From assembly GCF_044704955.1 (NCBI RefSeq), contig NC_091999.1, positions 22,196,001-22,260,000 on the forward strand: a stretch of DNA of 64,000 nucleotides. Reading direction: 5' to 3'. The DNA comes from Pristiophorus japonicus (taxonomy: Eukaryota). The notes below the pieces were generated by a model, which was given only the letters and a program-made list of their open reading frames with translations, did not search any database and had not been told where the DNA came from. Both the position numbers and the translations under genes were made by a program. Of this stretch, positions 22,880 through 37,377 are shown piece after piece. The stretch's first letter is position 1. Every line of letters starts with the position of its first letter.

Positions 22880-23710
22880 TTAAATTACCCTAGACTCTGT
22901 TTAATTATAACTGCTGTGGACCATCTCTCTATTCAGATTGCACAAGGCCCTGTCTCAGTTATTACTGCACTAGTCTCGGGATCTATTTTATTACTGTAGA
23001 TCCTGTCTCAGTTACACTGCAATAGATCCTGTCCCTGTTCATATTATGCAAGTCTCTGTATCAGTTATCACAGTACCTGGCCGTCCGTTATAATACATTA
23101 GATTCTGTCACAGTTACTACTGAACTAGACGCTGCCTCTATTTATATTACCATACACCCAGTTTCTGTCAATATTTCACTAGTCCTTGTGCTGTTTATAT
23201 TACACTAGACTCTGTCTCAGTTTACATTGCACTAGAAAATGTTAACGTTTATAATACAATAGATCATGTATTAGTTATTATTACAACAAGATATCCTTTA
23301 TTATGTTATGTTGAACCGTGACACAGTTTATATTATTCTAGCCACTGTCTCTTTATAATAGATTGGCCCTGCCTCTGTTTATATTATACTAGACCCTGTC
23401 TCTGTTTATATTACACTAGCCCCTGTCTCTATTTTTATTCACTAGACCCTGTCTCTGTTTATATTGTACTAGAACCTGTTTTTTTTTATTAAACTCGACA
23501 CTGCCTCTGTTTATATTAAACTAGACTCCGTATTTTTTATGTTACACTGGACCCTGTATCTGTTTATATTACACTAGACGCTGCCTCTGTTCATATTACA
23601 CTAGACGCTGTGTCTGCTTATTTTACACTAGACCCTGTCACTGTATACATTACACTAAATGCTCTCTCTGTCTATGTTACAATTGGACCTGTCTCGGTTA
23701 TTACTACACT
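22880..23710 (+). repeat. 27-bp satellite (ccctgtctctgtttatattacactaga)n
   Basis: Further arrays at ~26050-26640, 27330-27740, 28400-29400, 30850-32330, 33135-33720, 35820-36370, 39960-40200, 44930-45070, 50370-50630 and 63760-64000; inverted at ~20860-21000 and 22556-22710. Confidence 0.95.
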
Positions 23711-26252
23711 GCAGCTTGGGGTATAGATGTGTCTACATAGTTCAAATTGAACAATCCGAGTCGCTGAGGGTCATAGGTCGCATTAATGTAGCTATGGCGA
23801 CCAAGTCACGTTGATGACGCTGCATTGTTGTGAACAATGATGTCACCCATTGTTTACGTGTTGCTGACGTGAACATGTCAAACAGGCAAAAACGAAATGC
23901 AAGTTTCAGGAAGGTGCACTGATAATAACATTTTTCTGGGATAGTGATGTCACACTGTGCCATCAAACATTCCCAGGGCACGTACAGCGCGGGTCTATGC
24001 AGAGTAAAGCTCCCTCAATGCTGTCCCAGCAAACACTCCCAGCGCAGTTACAGCATGAGTCGAGAAACAGTAAAGCTCCCTCTACATCGTCCCATCAGAC
24101 ACTCCCAGTGCAGGTACAGCACGGTTTAGATAGAGAGTAAAGGTTGTTCTGCACCGACCCATCAAACTCGCCCAGGGCAGGTATAGCACTGGTCTATGCA
24201 GAGTAAAGCTCCCTCCACATTGTCCCATCAAACACTCCCAGGGATGGTACAGAACAAGTTAGCTACAGAGTAAAGCTCCCTCTACCCCATCTGATCAAAC
24301 ACACCCAGGGCAGGTACATCAAGGGTTAGATGCAGAGTAAAGGTCTCGCTACAGAGTCCCATCAAACACCCCCAGATCATTGAGTTCACACAATATATTT
24401 TATTATAATGCTGCCTCTCCGCACACCCACCAATTTGGTTTGAGGCCTGGAAATAGACCTTAGGGAACATTTTTGTTTGACATTGACTTCGTATTGTGAG
24501 GTAAAGATAATGACGCATTCTTTAGAGGCAAGGCAGAAGGTGGGGATAGCAGAGAGAAGCAGAGAGGGAGGGGAAACAGGGAATTGCCACTAATACATTG
24601 AGCTGTCACTATATACGGTGACTAGAATCTTTCCCCATTCTGACCGTGGATATCATCGTTGATTTGTTTACTAATAACTGAAAGAAATCTCCGAAACATC
24701 AATTGTTGCTGGAATCCGTTGAGACATTAGCATTTCTCTCTCTGTTTATTTCTATTCTGTATTGATGAGGAAACATGTATTGTGTTTCTATCATTCAATA
24801 CTCTAATCTGGGACTTATATTTATGTGTTTATTTACATAAACACCTCACTGGTTTCCATGACGTGTTCATGGCAGCAAGACCAGATCCACAAAGTCATTA
24901 ACTGATTAGTTTAACTCACAGCACGGGTTTATTTTATGAATATTGACAGTTGGTATAAATAAATGGAAATATCTCCAGCAGTGACATCGGTTTTTGGTTT
25001 GTTCAATTAGAAGAGATGTGATTTATATCAAAGGGAAAATATTAAAATAAAAAATTCAATTCTGAATATTCTGCTACCAAAGTCAGTGGATCTTCTCTGA
25101 ACAATCAGTAATTCACTGGATGTCCATTTAGCATAAGATTCCAGCCATTTAAACTAAACAAGTTAAAACTGCAACAAGAGGAGTAACCCATTGCAAAGTG
25201 TATTTAAATGTTGACATTTAGAAATAACTTTCACAACTTTCACGTCCTCGGACTGTCCAAAAGCACTTTACAATGAAGTACATTTGAAGTGTAGTCACTT
25301 TTGTAATGTAGGAAACGTGGAGTTAAATTGCGCACAGGAAGCTCCCACAAACGTAATGTGATAATAACCACAGAATCTATATTTTAGTGATGCTGGTTAA
25401 TGGATAAATATGTGTAATGGACATCGGGTTGAACTCCACTGTTATTTAAAATCGTGCCATTCAATCTCTTACATCCAACTGTGAGTGAAGACTCAGCAGA
25501 TGTAACGTCTCATCCGAAAGACTGCACTACCGAGAATATACCCTCTCCCCCCCCCCCCGCCACCCCGGTACTGGTACCAGGAGTGTCAACCGAGATTATG
25601 TGCTCAGTCTTTGGAGAGGGGTTTCAACCCACAGCCTTCTCACTCAGAGGCTACTGTAATTCCATTATAGCGGGGCTTTAGTACACCACAGCTTTATTTT
25701 TTAGATATTGTAATTTAGTTCCGAGTGTCCAAAGTTCAGTGCCTGAGACTAGTCCTGCACAGTCGGTTTATTTCCCGGGGATAATGCTCTTATCTTGCCT
25801 GGGATGATATTCCGGCACTTGTAAAATGTGATTTCCATATCAAATCTTAGCGACTTCGCATCTGGATGTCCGTGAGGTGCATCAGTCGAGCAGCTGGAAA
25901 CTGGGACGGTGCTCCTTAGATCCGAGAATGTTAAGGGTGATTTAATAGGGGTGATCAAAATTATGAGGAGCTTTAATCGAGTAAATAGTTAGAAATCTTT
26001 TCCACTGGTAGGACGTACATTAACCACAAGCCAGAGATTTAAAATGTATTACTGCACTAGATCATGTCCCTGCTGAGATTACACTAGATCCTATCCCTGT
26101 TTACATTATTCGAGACCCTGTCTCTGTTTATATTAACTTGGACCCTATCTCTCTTTACATTACACTGGATATTGTCTCTGTTTATAGTACACCAGGTCCC
26201 GTTTCTGTTTATGTTACACGAGACCCTGTCTCCGTTTATATTTCACGAGACT

Positions 26253-28399
26253 CTGTCTCAGTTTTTACTCCACTACACCATGTCTCTGTTTATATTACAC
26301 TAGACCCTGTCTCTGTTTATATTACGCTAGAACCTCTCGCTGTTTATGTTATACTAGACCCTGTCTCTGTTTATATTTCACCAGACCCTGTCTCTGATAT
26401 ATTACACTAGACCCTGTCTCTGTTTATATTACCCTAGAACCTGTCTCAGTTTATATTGCACGACCCTGTCTCTGTTTATATTACACTAGACTCTTTCCCT
26501 GGTTAAGTTACACTCGCCCATATATCTCTTTATATTACACTAGAACCTGTTTCTTTTTATGTTGCACTAGAGCCTGTCTCTGTTTATCTTGCACTCGGCC
26601 CAGTCTCTATTTAAATCACTCTAGACGCTGGCTCAGTTATAATTCATTGCAACTTATCTATGCTTATATTAGGCCTTACATCTCAGATGGAATATTATTG
26701 ACAATTTTGTGCACCACATTTCCATAACGATGTACAGACACTAAAAAGGGTACTGAAGAGGTGTAACTGGTTGTTACCAGCGATGAGGGACTTCAATTAG
26801 AGAGTTCAAAAGTTAGAGCTGTTCTCCTGTAAAAGAGAAGTTTAACTAGCGACCTAATAGATGTCTTCAACATGATAACTAGTTTTCTAATGTAGAGGAA
26901 ATATGATGGGACATGTCTTCACCGAGAGGGTGGTGGGGGTCGGAAACGCACTATATGAAATATTGGTAGAGGCAGGAATTCTCACCATATATAAAAGATT
27001 CTTGAATGTTCAGTTAATGTGTCGTAACCTGCAGGCTACTGAACACGAGCTGGAAAGTGGGATTAGGCAAGATAGCTCTTGGTCGGCTGGCACTATACAA
27101 TGAGTTGAAATGGCCTCCTTCCATGCTGTCAATTTCTAAGATTCTATGATATATTATATTGGCTCCCACTAAGCAGAGGTCCTAGATTTAAAAGCATTGA
27201 CATAAGATCAGGAGCGGAGAAGAGCAGAATTGGTTTTCACTCAGGGTCAGCAGAGGCACGATGGACCGAATAGCTTCCTTTAAGCTGTAATTGTCTGTGA
27301 CACTATGAAATCACAGCAGATTGTTTCTCAGTTTTTACTCCACTACACCCTGTCCCTGTTTATATTACACTAGACCCTGTCTCTCTTTATATTACGCTAG
27401 ACCCTCTCGCTGTTTATGTTACACTAGACCCTGTCTCTGTTTATATTGCACCAGACCCTGTCACTGTTTATATTACACCAGACCCTGTCTCTGTTTATAT
27501 TACACTAGACCCTGTCTCTGTTTATATTACCCTAGAACCTGTCTCAGTTTATATTACACGACCCTGTCTCTGTTTATATTATACTAGACCCTTTCGTTGG
27601 TTATGTTACACTCGCCCATATATCTATTTATTTTACACTAGAACCTGTCTCTTTTTATGTTACACTAGAGCCTGTCTCTCTATATCTTGCACTAGGCCCA
27701 GTCTCTATTTAAATCACTCTAGACGCTGGCTCAGTTATTAATTCATTGCAACTTATCTCTACTTATATTAGGCCTTAGACCTCAGATGGAATATTATGGG
27801 CAGTTTTGAGCACCACATTTCCATAAAGATGTACAGACACTAAAAAGGGTACTGAAGAGGTTTAACCGGTTGTTACCAGCGATGAGGGACTTCATATAGA
27901 GAGTTCAAATGTTAGAACTGTTCTCCTGTAACAGAGAAGTTTAACTAGCGACCTAATAGATGTCTTCAACATGATAACTAGTTTTCTAATGTAGAGGAGA
28001 TATGAGGGGACATGTCTTCACCGAGAGGGTGGTGGAGTCTGAAACGCACTATATGAAATATTGGTAGAGGCAGGAAATCTCACCATATATAAAAGATTCT
28101 TCAATGTTCAGTTAACGTGTCGTAACCTACAGGCTACTGAACACGGCAGGATAGCTCTTGGTCGGCTGGCGCTATATAATGAGCTGAAATGGCCTCCTTC
28201 CATGCTGCAAATTTCTAAGATTCTATGATATATTATATTGGCTCCCACTAAGCAGAGGTTCTAGATTTTAAAGCATTGGCATAAGATCAGGAGCCGAGAA
28301 GTGCAGAATTGGTTTTCACTCAGGGTCAGCAGAGGCACGATGGACCGAATAGTTTCCTTTAAGCTATAATTGTCTGTGACACTATGAAATCACGGCAGA
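26253..28399. repeat. Tandem duplication of a ~1.07-kb unit (satellite plus CR1 fragment)
   Basis: 26253-27320 and 27321-28399 are near-identical; a third unit starts at 28400. Confidence 0.9.
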
Positions 28400-29399
28400 T
28401 TGTTTCTCAATTTTTACTCCACTACACCATGTCTCTGTTTATATTACACTAGACCCTGTCGCTCTTTATATTAAACTAGACCCTGTCTCTGTTTATATTA
28501 CACTAGACCCTGTCGCTCTTTATATTACACTTGGCCCTGTCTCTGTTTATATTACGCTAGACCCTCTCGCTGTTTATGTTACACTAGACCCTGTCGCTCT
28601 TTATATTACACTAGACCCTGTCTCTGTTTATATTGCACCAGACCCTGTCTCTGTTTATATTACACCAAACCCTGTCTCTGTTTATATTACGCTAGATGCT
28701 CTCGCTGTTTAAATGACACTAGACCCTGTCTCTGTTTATATTACACCAGACCCTGTCTCTGTTTATATTACACCAGACCCTGTCTCTGTTTATATTACAC
28801 CAGACCCTGCCTCTGTTTATATTATAATTAGACGCCGTCTCTGTTTATATTACACCAGATCCTGTCTCTGTTTATATTACACTAGACCCTATCTCTTTAT
28901 ATTTCATTAGACCCTGTCTCTGTCTACATTACCCTCGACCCTGTCTCTGTTTACTTTACACTAGACCCTGTCTCTGCTCATGCTACACTGGATCCTGTCT
29001 GTGTATATAATATACTAGAGCCTAACTCTGTTTATATACCATGCCTCTGTATACATTACATGAGGCCCTACCTCTGTTTATATTACACCAGGCCCTGTCT
29101 CTGTTTATATTACCCTAGTCCATGTCTCTTTATATATTACAGTAGAGCCTGTCTCTGTTTACATTATACTAGACCCTGTATCTGTTAAATTAGACTGGAC
29201 CATGTCTCTTTATATATCACACGAGACCCTGTCACTGTTTATTTTACACCAGATCCTGTCTGTGTTTATATTGCACTGGATCCTGTCTCGATTTATATTG
29301 CACTGGATCCTGTTTCTTTTTATATTACACTAGACATTGTCACTGTTTAAATTACCCTAGAACCTATCTCTGTTTATATTACACGAGATCCTGTGCGAT

Positions 29400-30805
29400 T
29401 TTAAAAAGGAGACTGCAAAAAGCAGGAAACTATAGGCTAGTTAGCCTAACATCTGTCGTTGGGAAAATACAGGACTCCATTATTAAGGAAGCAGTAGCGA
29501 GATATTTGGAAATGCATAATTCAATTAAGCAAAGTCAGCATGGTTTTATGAAAAGGAATTCATGTTTGACATATTTGTTTGTGTTCATTGAGGATGTAAC
29601 GATTAGGGTAGATAAGGGAGAACCAGTGGATGTGTTATATTTGGATTTCCAGAAAGCAATCGATTAGGTGCCACATAAAAGGTTCCTGCACAAGATAAAA
29701 GTTCAAGGGGTTGGGGCGAATGTCTTAGCATAGATAGAGCTTTGGATAACTAACAGAAAACAGAGAGTCGGGATAAATGGGTCATTTTCCGGTAGGGAAA
29801 CAGTGACTAGTGGGGTGCCGCAGGGATCGGTGCTGTGTCCTCAAATTTTACAATCTATTTTAATGTCTTGGATGAAGGGACAGAGTGTAATGTAGCCAAG
29901 TTTGCTGATGATAAAATGATGGGTGGGAAAACAAATTGTGAGGAGGACACAAAATATCTGCAAAGGGATATAGACAGGCTAAGTGAGTGGGCAAAAGTTT
30001 GGCAGATGGAGTATATTGTGGGAAAATGTGAGGTTATCCACTTTTGCTGGAAAAATTAGAAAAGCAAATTTTAATTTAAATGGAGAAAAATTGCTAAGTG
30101 CTGCAGGACAGAGAGACCTGTGTGTCCTTGTGCTTGATACACAAAACGTTAGTATGCAGGTACTGCAAGTAATCAGGAAGGCAAATGGAATTCTGGCCTT
30201 TATTGCAATGGGCATAAAGTATGTAAGCAAAGGAGGCCTGCTGCAACTGTACAGGGTATTGGTGAGGCCACACCTGATGCACAGCGTACAGTTTTGGTCT
30301 CTGTATTGAAGGAAGGATATACGTGCATTGGAGGCTGTTCAGAGAAGATTCAGTAAGTTGCTTCCGGATATGATGCGGATGACTTGTGAAGATAGGTTGA
30401 GTAGGTTGGGCCTATACACATTGGAGTTAAGTACAATGAGAAGGGATCTTATCGAAACGCATAAGGTAATGTGGGCCTCGACAAGGTGGATGCAGAGAGG
30501 ATATTTGCACTAATCGGGGAAAATAAAATTTGGGACATAGTTTTAGAATAAGGGACTGCCCATTTAAAGCTGATATGAGGTGGAATTTCTTCTCTCAGAG
30601 GATTGCAAATCTGTGTAATTCGCTGTCCCAGAGAGCTGTGGAGGCAGGATCATTGATTATATTTAAGGCGGAGATCGGCAGATTTTTGAGCGATAAGAGA
30701 AATAACGGTTATGGGGAGCGGGCAGGGAAGTGCAGCTCTGTCCCTGGTCAGATCAGCCTACACCTGCTCCTATTTCTTATGTTCTTCTGTTCTTACGATT
30801 CTATG
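29400..30805 (+). mobile_element. Degenerate CR1 RT and 3' end
   Basis: VAKFADD, LVRPHL, QFWS motifs and CR1 tail. Confidence 0.9.
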
Positions 30806-32331
30806 ACAATGTTTACACTGGCAGGAGGGCTATTATCCGGAGGACACAGCTATTACTGCCCAAGACCATGCCTCAGGTTATATTGTACTAGGCAGTGTCT
30901 TTGTTTTGATTTTATTAAGACCTGTCTCATTTATTACTGCACAGGGCCCTGACTCCGTTGATATTATATTAGACCCTGTCACAGTTATTTCTGCACTAGA
31001 CTCTGTCTTTGTTTATATTAGATCAGAGCCTGTTTCTCTTTTTATTATATTAAACCCTGTCTCAGTTATAACTGCACTAGTCCAGTCTATGTTTACATTA
31101 CACAGAACCTTTCTCTGATTTCAGGGCTGTAGGCACAGACGCAGTTACCGTTTTGCTAAACAATGTTTCTCTTTATATTACATTCAACCGTGTCTCTGTT
31201 TATATTACATTGGGCCCTCTCTCAGTTATTACTGTACTAGGCCCGTTTTTTTAAAATATTACACAAGATCTTTCTGTTTATATTGTACTAGATCCGATCT
31301 CTGTTAAATTACACTAGATCCTGTCTCTGTTTATATTACACTAGACCCTGTCTCGTTTATATTACACTAGATCCTGTCTCTGTTTATACTACGCTCGACC
31401 ATGTCACTGTTTATATTACTCTACATCCTGCCTCTGTTTATATTACACTAGACCCTGTCTCTGTTTATACTACGCTAGATCATGTTACTGTTTATATTGC
31501 ACTATATCATGTCTCTGTTTATATTACACTAGACCACGTCTCTGTTTATATTACAAGAGATGCTGTCTCAGTTTACATTATACTACAACCTGTCTCTGTA
31601 TATATTACACGCGACCCTGTCTCTGTTTTTATTACACTAGACCATGTCTCTTTTTATAATACACTCGACCCTGTTTCTGGTTATATTACACTAGACTTTC
31701 TGTCTCTGTTTATATTACACTAGACCACGTCTCTGTTTATAATGCACTAGATACTGTCCGTATTTATATTACACGAGAACATATCTCTTTTTATATTACA
31801 CTAGATCCTCTCTCGATTTATGTCACATTAGACCCTGCCTCTTTTTGTATTAAACTCGAACCTGCCTCCGTTTATTTTACACTAGACGCTGCCTCTGCTT
31901 ATATTACATTACACCCTGTCTCTGTTTATGTTACATTAGGCCCTGTCCCTGTTTACAATACACTAGACCATGTCCCTGTTTATATTACACTCAAATCTGT
32001 CTCTGTTTATGTTAAATTAGACCCTGTCTCTTTTTAAAGGCCTCTAGGCCCTGTCTAAGTTACCATTCTGCTAAACCATGTTTTATTTTACATTACATTC
32101 AACGCTATTTCTGTTTATATAAAGTAGGGCCCTGTCTTAATTATTACTGCACTAGACCCTGTCTTTTGTTATATATTACACGAGCCCATTTCCCTGTTTA
32201 TATTACACTAGACCCTGCCTATGTTTCTTTTACACAACGCCTGTCTCTGTTTATATTCCACTAGACCTTGTTTCTGTTTATATTACACTAGAAGTTGTCA
32301 CTGTTTATTTCATGCTAGATCCTGTCGCCAT

Positions 32332-33135
32332 CTAAAAAAGGACGTAGACAAAAGCAGTAAACTATAGACCAGTTTGCCTAACATCTGTCGTTGGGAAAAT
32401 GCTGGAGTCGATTATTAAAGAAGCAGGAACGGGCATTTGGAAAAGTATAATTCAATCAAGCAGAGTAAACATGGTTTTATGAAAGGGAAATAATGTTTGA
32501 CAAATGTGTTGGATGTCTTTAAGGTTGTAACGAGCAGGCTGGATAAAGTAGAACAAGTGAATGTAGTGTATTTGCATTTCCAGAAGGCAATCGATTAGCT
32601 GCTACATAAAAGGTTCCTGCACAAGATAAAATTTCACAGGGTTTGGGGGTGATATATTAGCATAGATAGAGTATTGGTTAAATAACAGAAAACAGAGAAC
32701 TGGCTTAAATGGGTCATTTTCCGGTTGGCAAATAGTGTTGTGTGGTGCCGCAGGGATCGTGCTGTGGCCTCAACTATTTACATTCTATATTAATGGCATG
32801 GATGAAGGGACTGAGTGGAATATAGCCAAATTTGCTGATGATAGAAAGATGGATGGGAAAGCAAACTATGAGGAGAATACAAAAGATCTGCAAAGCGATA
32901 TAGCCAGGCTAAGTGAGTGGTCAAACATTTGGCAGATGGAATATAATGTCGGAAAATGTGATGTTATCCATTTTGGCAGAAAAAATAGAAAAGCAAATTC
33001 TAATATAAATGAAGAAACATTGCAAAGTGCTGCAGTACAGTGGGACCTGGGTGTCCTTGTGCATGAAACACAAAAAGTTAGCATGCAGTTACAGCAGATA
33101 ATCAGGAAGACAAATGGTATGTTGACCTTTATTGG
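32332..33135 (+). mobile_element. Degenerate CR1 RT fragment
   Basis: IAKFADD, WQMEYNVGKC. Confidence 0.88.
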
Positions 33136-34799
33136 TACTGTACTAGACTCTGCTTATGTTAATATTGCACAGTGCCCTGCCTCATTTATTATTGCTCTTG
33201 ACCCGGTGTCTAGTTATATTGCACTATGCCCTGCATCTGTTCATATTACACTGGGCCATGCCTCAGTTATTACTGCACTAAGCCATGTCTTTGTTTATAT
33301 TACACAATGTTCTCTCTGTTATACTGCATGAGAACACGTCTCTCTTCATAATACAGTAGGCCCTGTCTCAGTTATTATAGCACTGCGCTGTGCCCCTTTT
33401 CATATAGTCTTATATTAAATACTGTCTCATTTGTTGCTGCCCTCTGGTATGTATCTCTCATATTACATGAAACCTTGCCTCAATTATAATGTACTAAGCA
33501 ATGTCTATGTTTATAGTACACTGGGTACTCTCCGTTATTACAATCGATACCATCTCTCTAGTTATATGACATTCGGCACTGTCACAGTTAATACTACACG
33601 AAACGACGTCTCCTCTTTATATTGCTCTAGTTTTTGTCTCTGTTAATAATGCATTAGACCATTCTTCTCTTTAAATTACACGATACACTTTCTCAATTAG
33701 TACTGAACTATGCCATGCCTCTATTCAATTAGATGACGGATGATCGACATCTTAACTCCATCGACCAGCTTTGGTTCCGTCACCCGTAATCTCCTAACCG
33801 AACCAAAATGTACCAATCAATCTCTGGCAGCAATTAGAAAATAATGCCTCTGCCTGTTATAGCCTTCCTTTTATGAAGGGATTTGATACGGTTAAAAGTG
33901 AGACAGTGTTTACACTGACAGGAGTGTCGGTAACCAGAAGATACATTTTTAAGATCATTTGCAACAAAAAAACAGAAGGGAGATGTGGAGATGTTTTAAT
34001 GTAGCAAGTGGTTCTGATCTGGAATGCAGAAGATATACACTATCGTTCGTTTTTATGAATAGAGATATAGGGTGCAAATGCAAGGAACATACAGCTAAGC
34101 ATCTGTAAAATATTGGTTATACTCCAGCTGGAGTATTGTGTTTAATTCTGAGAGCCACATTTAGGAAAGATTGAACGGCCTTGGAAAGGGTGCTTGGGGA
34201 ATTTACTAGAATAGTACCTCGGATAAAATACTTCAATTCAGTGAAGACACTCGGGGCATTGAGATTGTTGTCATTAGAGCGGAGAAGGTTAAAAGGAGCT
34301 TTTACAAACATGTTCAAGACCGTGAATGATTCTGACACTTGAAATAAGAAGACAATTTTGCAGTGGCTGACGGGTCTGTAACCAGATGACACACACTTAA
34401 GGAATTGGCAAAAGAGCCCGAGGCGAAATGAGGAAAAAGAAATACACAATGAGCTGTTATGATCTGGAATACTCTATCTGATAGGGTGCTGCTTTCGGTA
34501 ATAAATTTCAAAAGTGAATTGGATAAATAATTGAACTGGAAATAATGCAGGGTTATTGGGAAATAGCAGGGGTAGTGGGACCAATTGGTTAGCTGTTTCA
34601 ACTCAGTCAGGGATAGGCACCAGAGAGCTGAATGTGCACGGTGTGTGCTGTATCATTCTTCCATTCTGCGTTTCTATATCTACATCATCTCTCGGTTCAT
34701 ATTACACTAAGACCCCTCTCGGTTTATAAAACACTGGTTCCTGCCGCAGTTATTATTGCATTGGTCAAGGCATTTTTTTATATCACGCTAAGACTTTGG

Positions 34800-35720
34800 A
34801 ACAAAAGAACATAAGAATATAAGAAATAGGAGCAGGAGTAGGCCATTTGTCCCCTCGAGCCTGCTCTGCCATTTAATAAGTTAATGGCTGGTCTGATCAT
34901 GGACTCAGCTCCAATGCCCTGCCCGCTCCTCCTAACCCTTTAATCACTTATTGCTCAAAAATTTGTCCATCTCTGCCTTGCATACATTCAATGACCCAGC
35001 CTTCACACCTCTCTGTTGCAGAGAATTACACAGATTTACAAGCCTCTGAGAGAAGAAATTCCTCCTCATCTCAGTTTTAAATGGCAGCACCTTATTCTGA
35101 GATTAAGCCTCCTAATTTTAGTTTCCCCTGTGAGTGGAAATGTCCTCTCTGCATCCACGATCTCGAGCCCCTTCATTATGTTATAAGTTTCGATAAGATC
35201 ATCTCACATTCTTCTGAACTCCAACATGTATAGGCCCAACCTACTCAACTTTTCTTCATACATCAATCCGCTCTTCTCCGGAATCAACCTAATGAACCTC
35301 CTCTGAAAAGTCTCCAATGGATGTATAACCTTCCTTAAATTCGGAGAACAAAACTTTACGCAGTTCTCCAGCTGTGGCCTCACCAATACCCTGTAGAGTT
35401 GTAGCAGGACGTCTCTGCTTTTGTACTCAATTCCCTCTGCAATAAAGGCCAACGTTCCATTTGCCTTCCTGATTACTTGCTTTACCTGCATAGTAATATT
35501 TTGTGTTTCATGCACAAGTACACCCAGGTCCCTCTGTACCGCAGCACTTTGCAATTTATCTCCATTTAAATTATAACTTGTTTTCTTATTTTTTTCTGCC
35601 AAATTAGATAATCTGATATTTTCACCGTTATAATCCATCTGCCAAATTTTTGTCCACTCACTTAGCCTGTCTATATCACCTTGCAGATTTTTTTAGTGTC
35701 TTCATCACAATTTGCTATTG
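34800..35720 (-). mobile_element. CR1 3' fragment
   Basis: ORF 35204-35638 (QRDLGVLVHE...LYRVLVRPQLE); aagaacataagaa tail. Confidence 0.88.
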
Positions 35721-36639
35721 CACCCAAAATGTATTTTTACCCAACCACTTGAATGGCCCCATTAACTCCGTGTTGTGGTCAGTTTAGTCATCCTCCCAGC
35801 AGTCCCTCTCGTGGTTATCTATGCCCTGGACCCTGTCACAGTTATTACTGCACTAGACCCAGTCTCTGTTTATATTACACTGGACTCTGTCTCTGTTTAA
35901 TTAACACACGTCCCTATCTCTATTTATATTATACTAGACCTTGTCTCTGTTTATATTACATTAGACCCTGCCCCTGTTTCTATTACACCAGAACCTGTCT
36001 CTGTTTATATTACACTAGCCCCAGTCTCTGTTTATATTACACTAGACCCAGTCATGGTTTATATTACACAAGCCCCTGTCTCTGTTTATGTTACACTAGG
36101 CCCTGTCTCTATTTATATTACACTCGTCCCTATCTCAGTGTATATTACACTAGACTCGTTCCTTGTTTATATTACACTGGACCATGGCTCTGTTTATATT
36201 ATGCTAGGCACTGTCTCAGTTATTCCTGCCATAGACCATGTCTGAAATATATTATAATAAATTCCTGTCTCTCTTCATGTTACTTTGGATCTTGTCTAAA
36301 CTATTAGTGCGCTGGATCCTGTCTCTATTTCTTATACCATAGAACCTGCCTCAGTTATTACTGCACTTGCACATGCGTCTGTTACATAAGCAGACGATAA
36401 AAAGAGAGATCGATAGATATTAATATAAATAAAGATGTGTATATGTGTAGGTGTGAGGATGCAATACTTTTTTGTTTGGAAGTATATGTTTAGATTTGTT
36501 AACAGCTATCAACACGTGTGTGCAATCTCTAATTGATCTGGTATTATGACGGTAATATTTGCGTTGAGAGGATGGGGTGAATCTTGTAACAATCTCCCAG
36601 TGATGGACTGGGATTGAGGGACAGGACGGAAGGTGTGCA

Positions 36640-36905
36640 CTTTGAACTACTGGCAACATCCGTGTGTTGGAGGTTACTAAATCACAATGTGTTTTCCTGT
36701 GTCTATTTCTCCAAGTTCTTTAACGTTAACGATTGTTTTTCATCCAGTATTTTCTATTTAGCTGTGACGTGACCGACTGAGTATGTCAGACAGAGCCTGG
36801 AACCGTGACCTCAGAGCACGGCCGGATGGGCGGCCGCAGGGTCCTAATATCCACCGGAAATAAATTCTCACCTTGTGAAATGAACAACTGAAAAGAGAAC
36901 ACATA
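36640..36905 (-). pseudogene. Degenerate V-set immunoglobulin-superfamily domain (copy 1)
   Basis: LFSCSFHKVRIYFRWILGPCGR...RFQ...SRHS*IENTG*KTIVNVKELGEIDTGKH/-1/CDLV; Cys codons at 36886 and 36686, Trp 11 codons after the first Cys; 5' part lies in an N gap. Confidence 0.6.
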
Positions 36906-37037
36906 NNNNNNNNNNNNNNNNNNNNNNNNNNNNNNNNNNNNNNNNNNNNNNNNNNNNNNNNNNNNNNNNNNNNNNNNNNNNNNNNNNNNNNNNNNNNNNN
37001 NNNNNNNNNNNNNNNNNNNNNNNNNNNNNNNNNNNNN
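36906..37037. other. Assembly gap (132 N)
   Basis: N run, at the same homologous position as the gap at 47233-47478. Confidence 0.99.
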
Positions 37038-37377
37038 TGTACAAAACAATTGCAGACATTCATAATGTGTGCAAGTGCATTCCACAAAGATAAATGATTA
37101 GCTTCAGCCAATATTTTCCAGCATTTTACTTTATTCAAAATGCAATCACAGGTCGTTTAATAGCTTTAAAATGTATTGATAACCCATTCTCTTGCTTGAT
37201 CTTGTTTAGAAAATGATGTCACTCTGACCATTCTGTTACCAGATGACCATTTCTGTCAGCAGTATTCAGTGTGAAACGGGATTAAATCACACCTAGGATA
37301 ATGAGCATCCAGACGCCAGTCTCTGCGCTTTATCGTCTTGTAATCACCTCATCATCACCCAGCAAACGCTGATGTAC

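Noticed and set aside
26138-36307. ORFs with (CLCLYYTRP)n or (DPVSVYITL)n repeats
   Set aside because: Reading frames of the 27-bp satellite; no splice or codon evidence.
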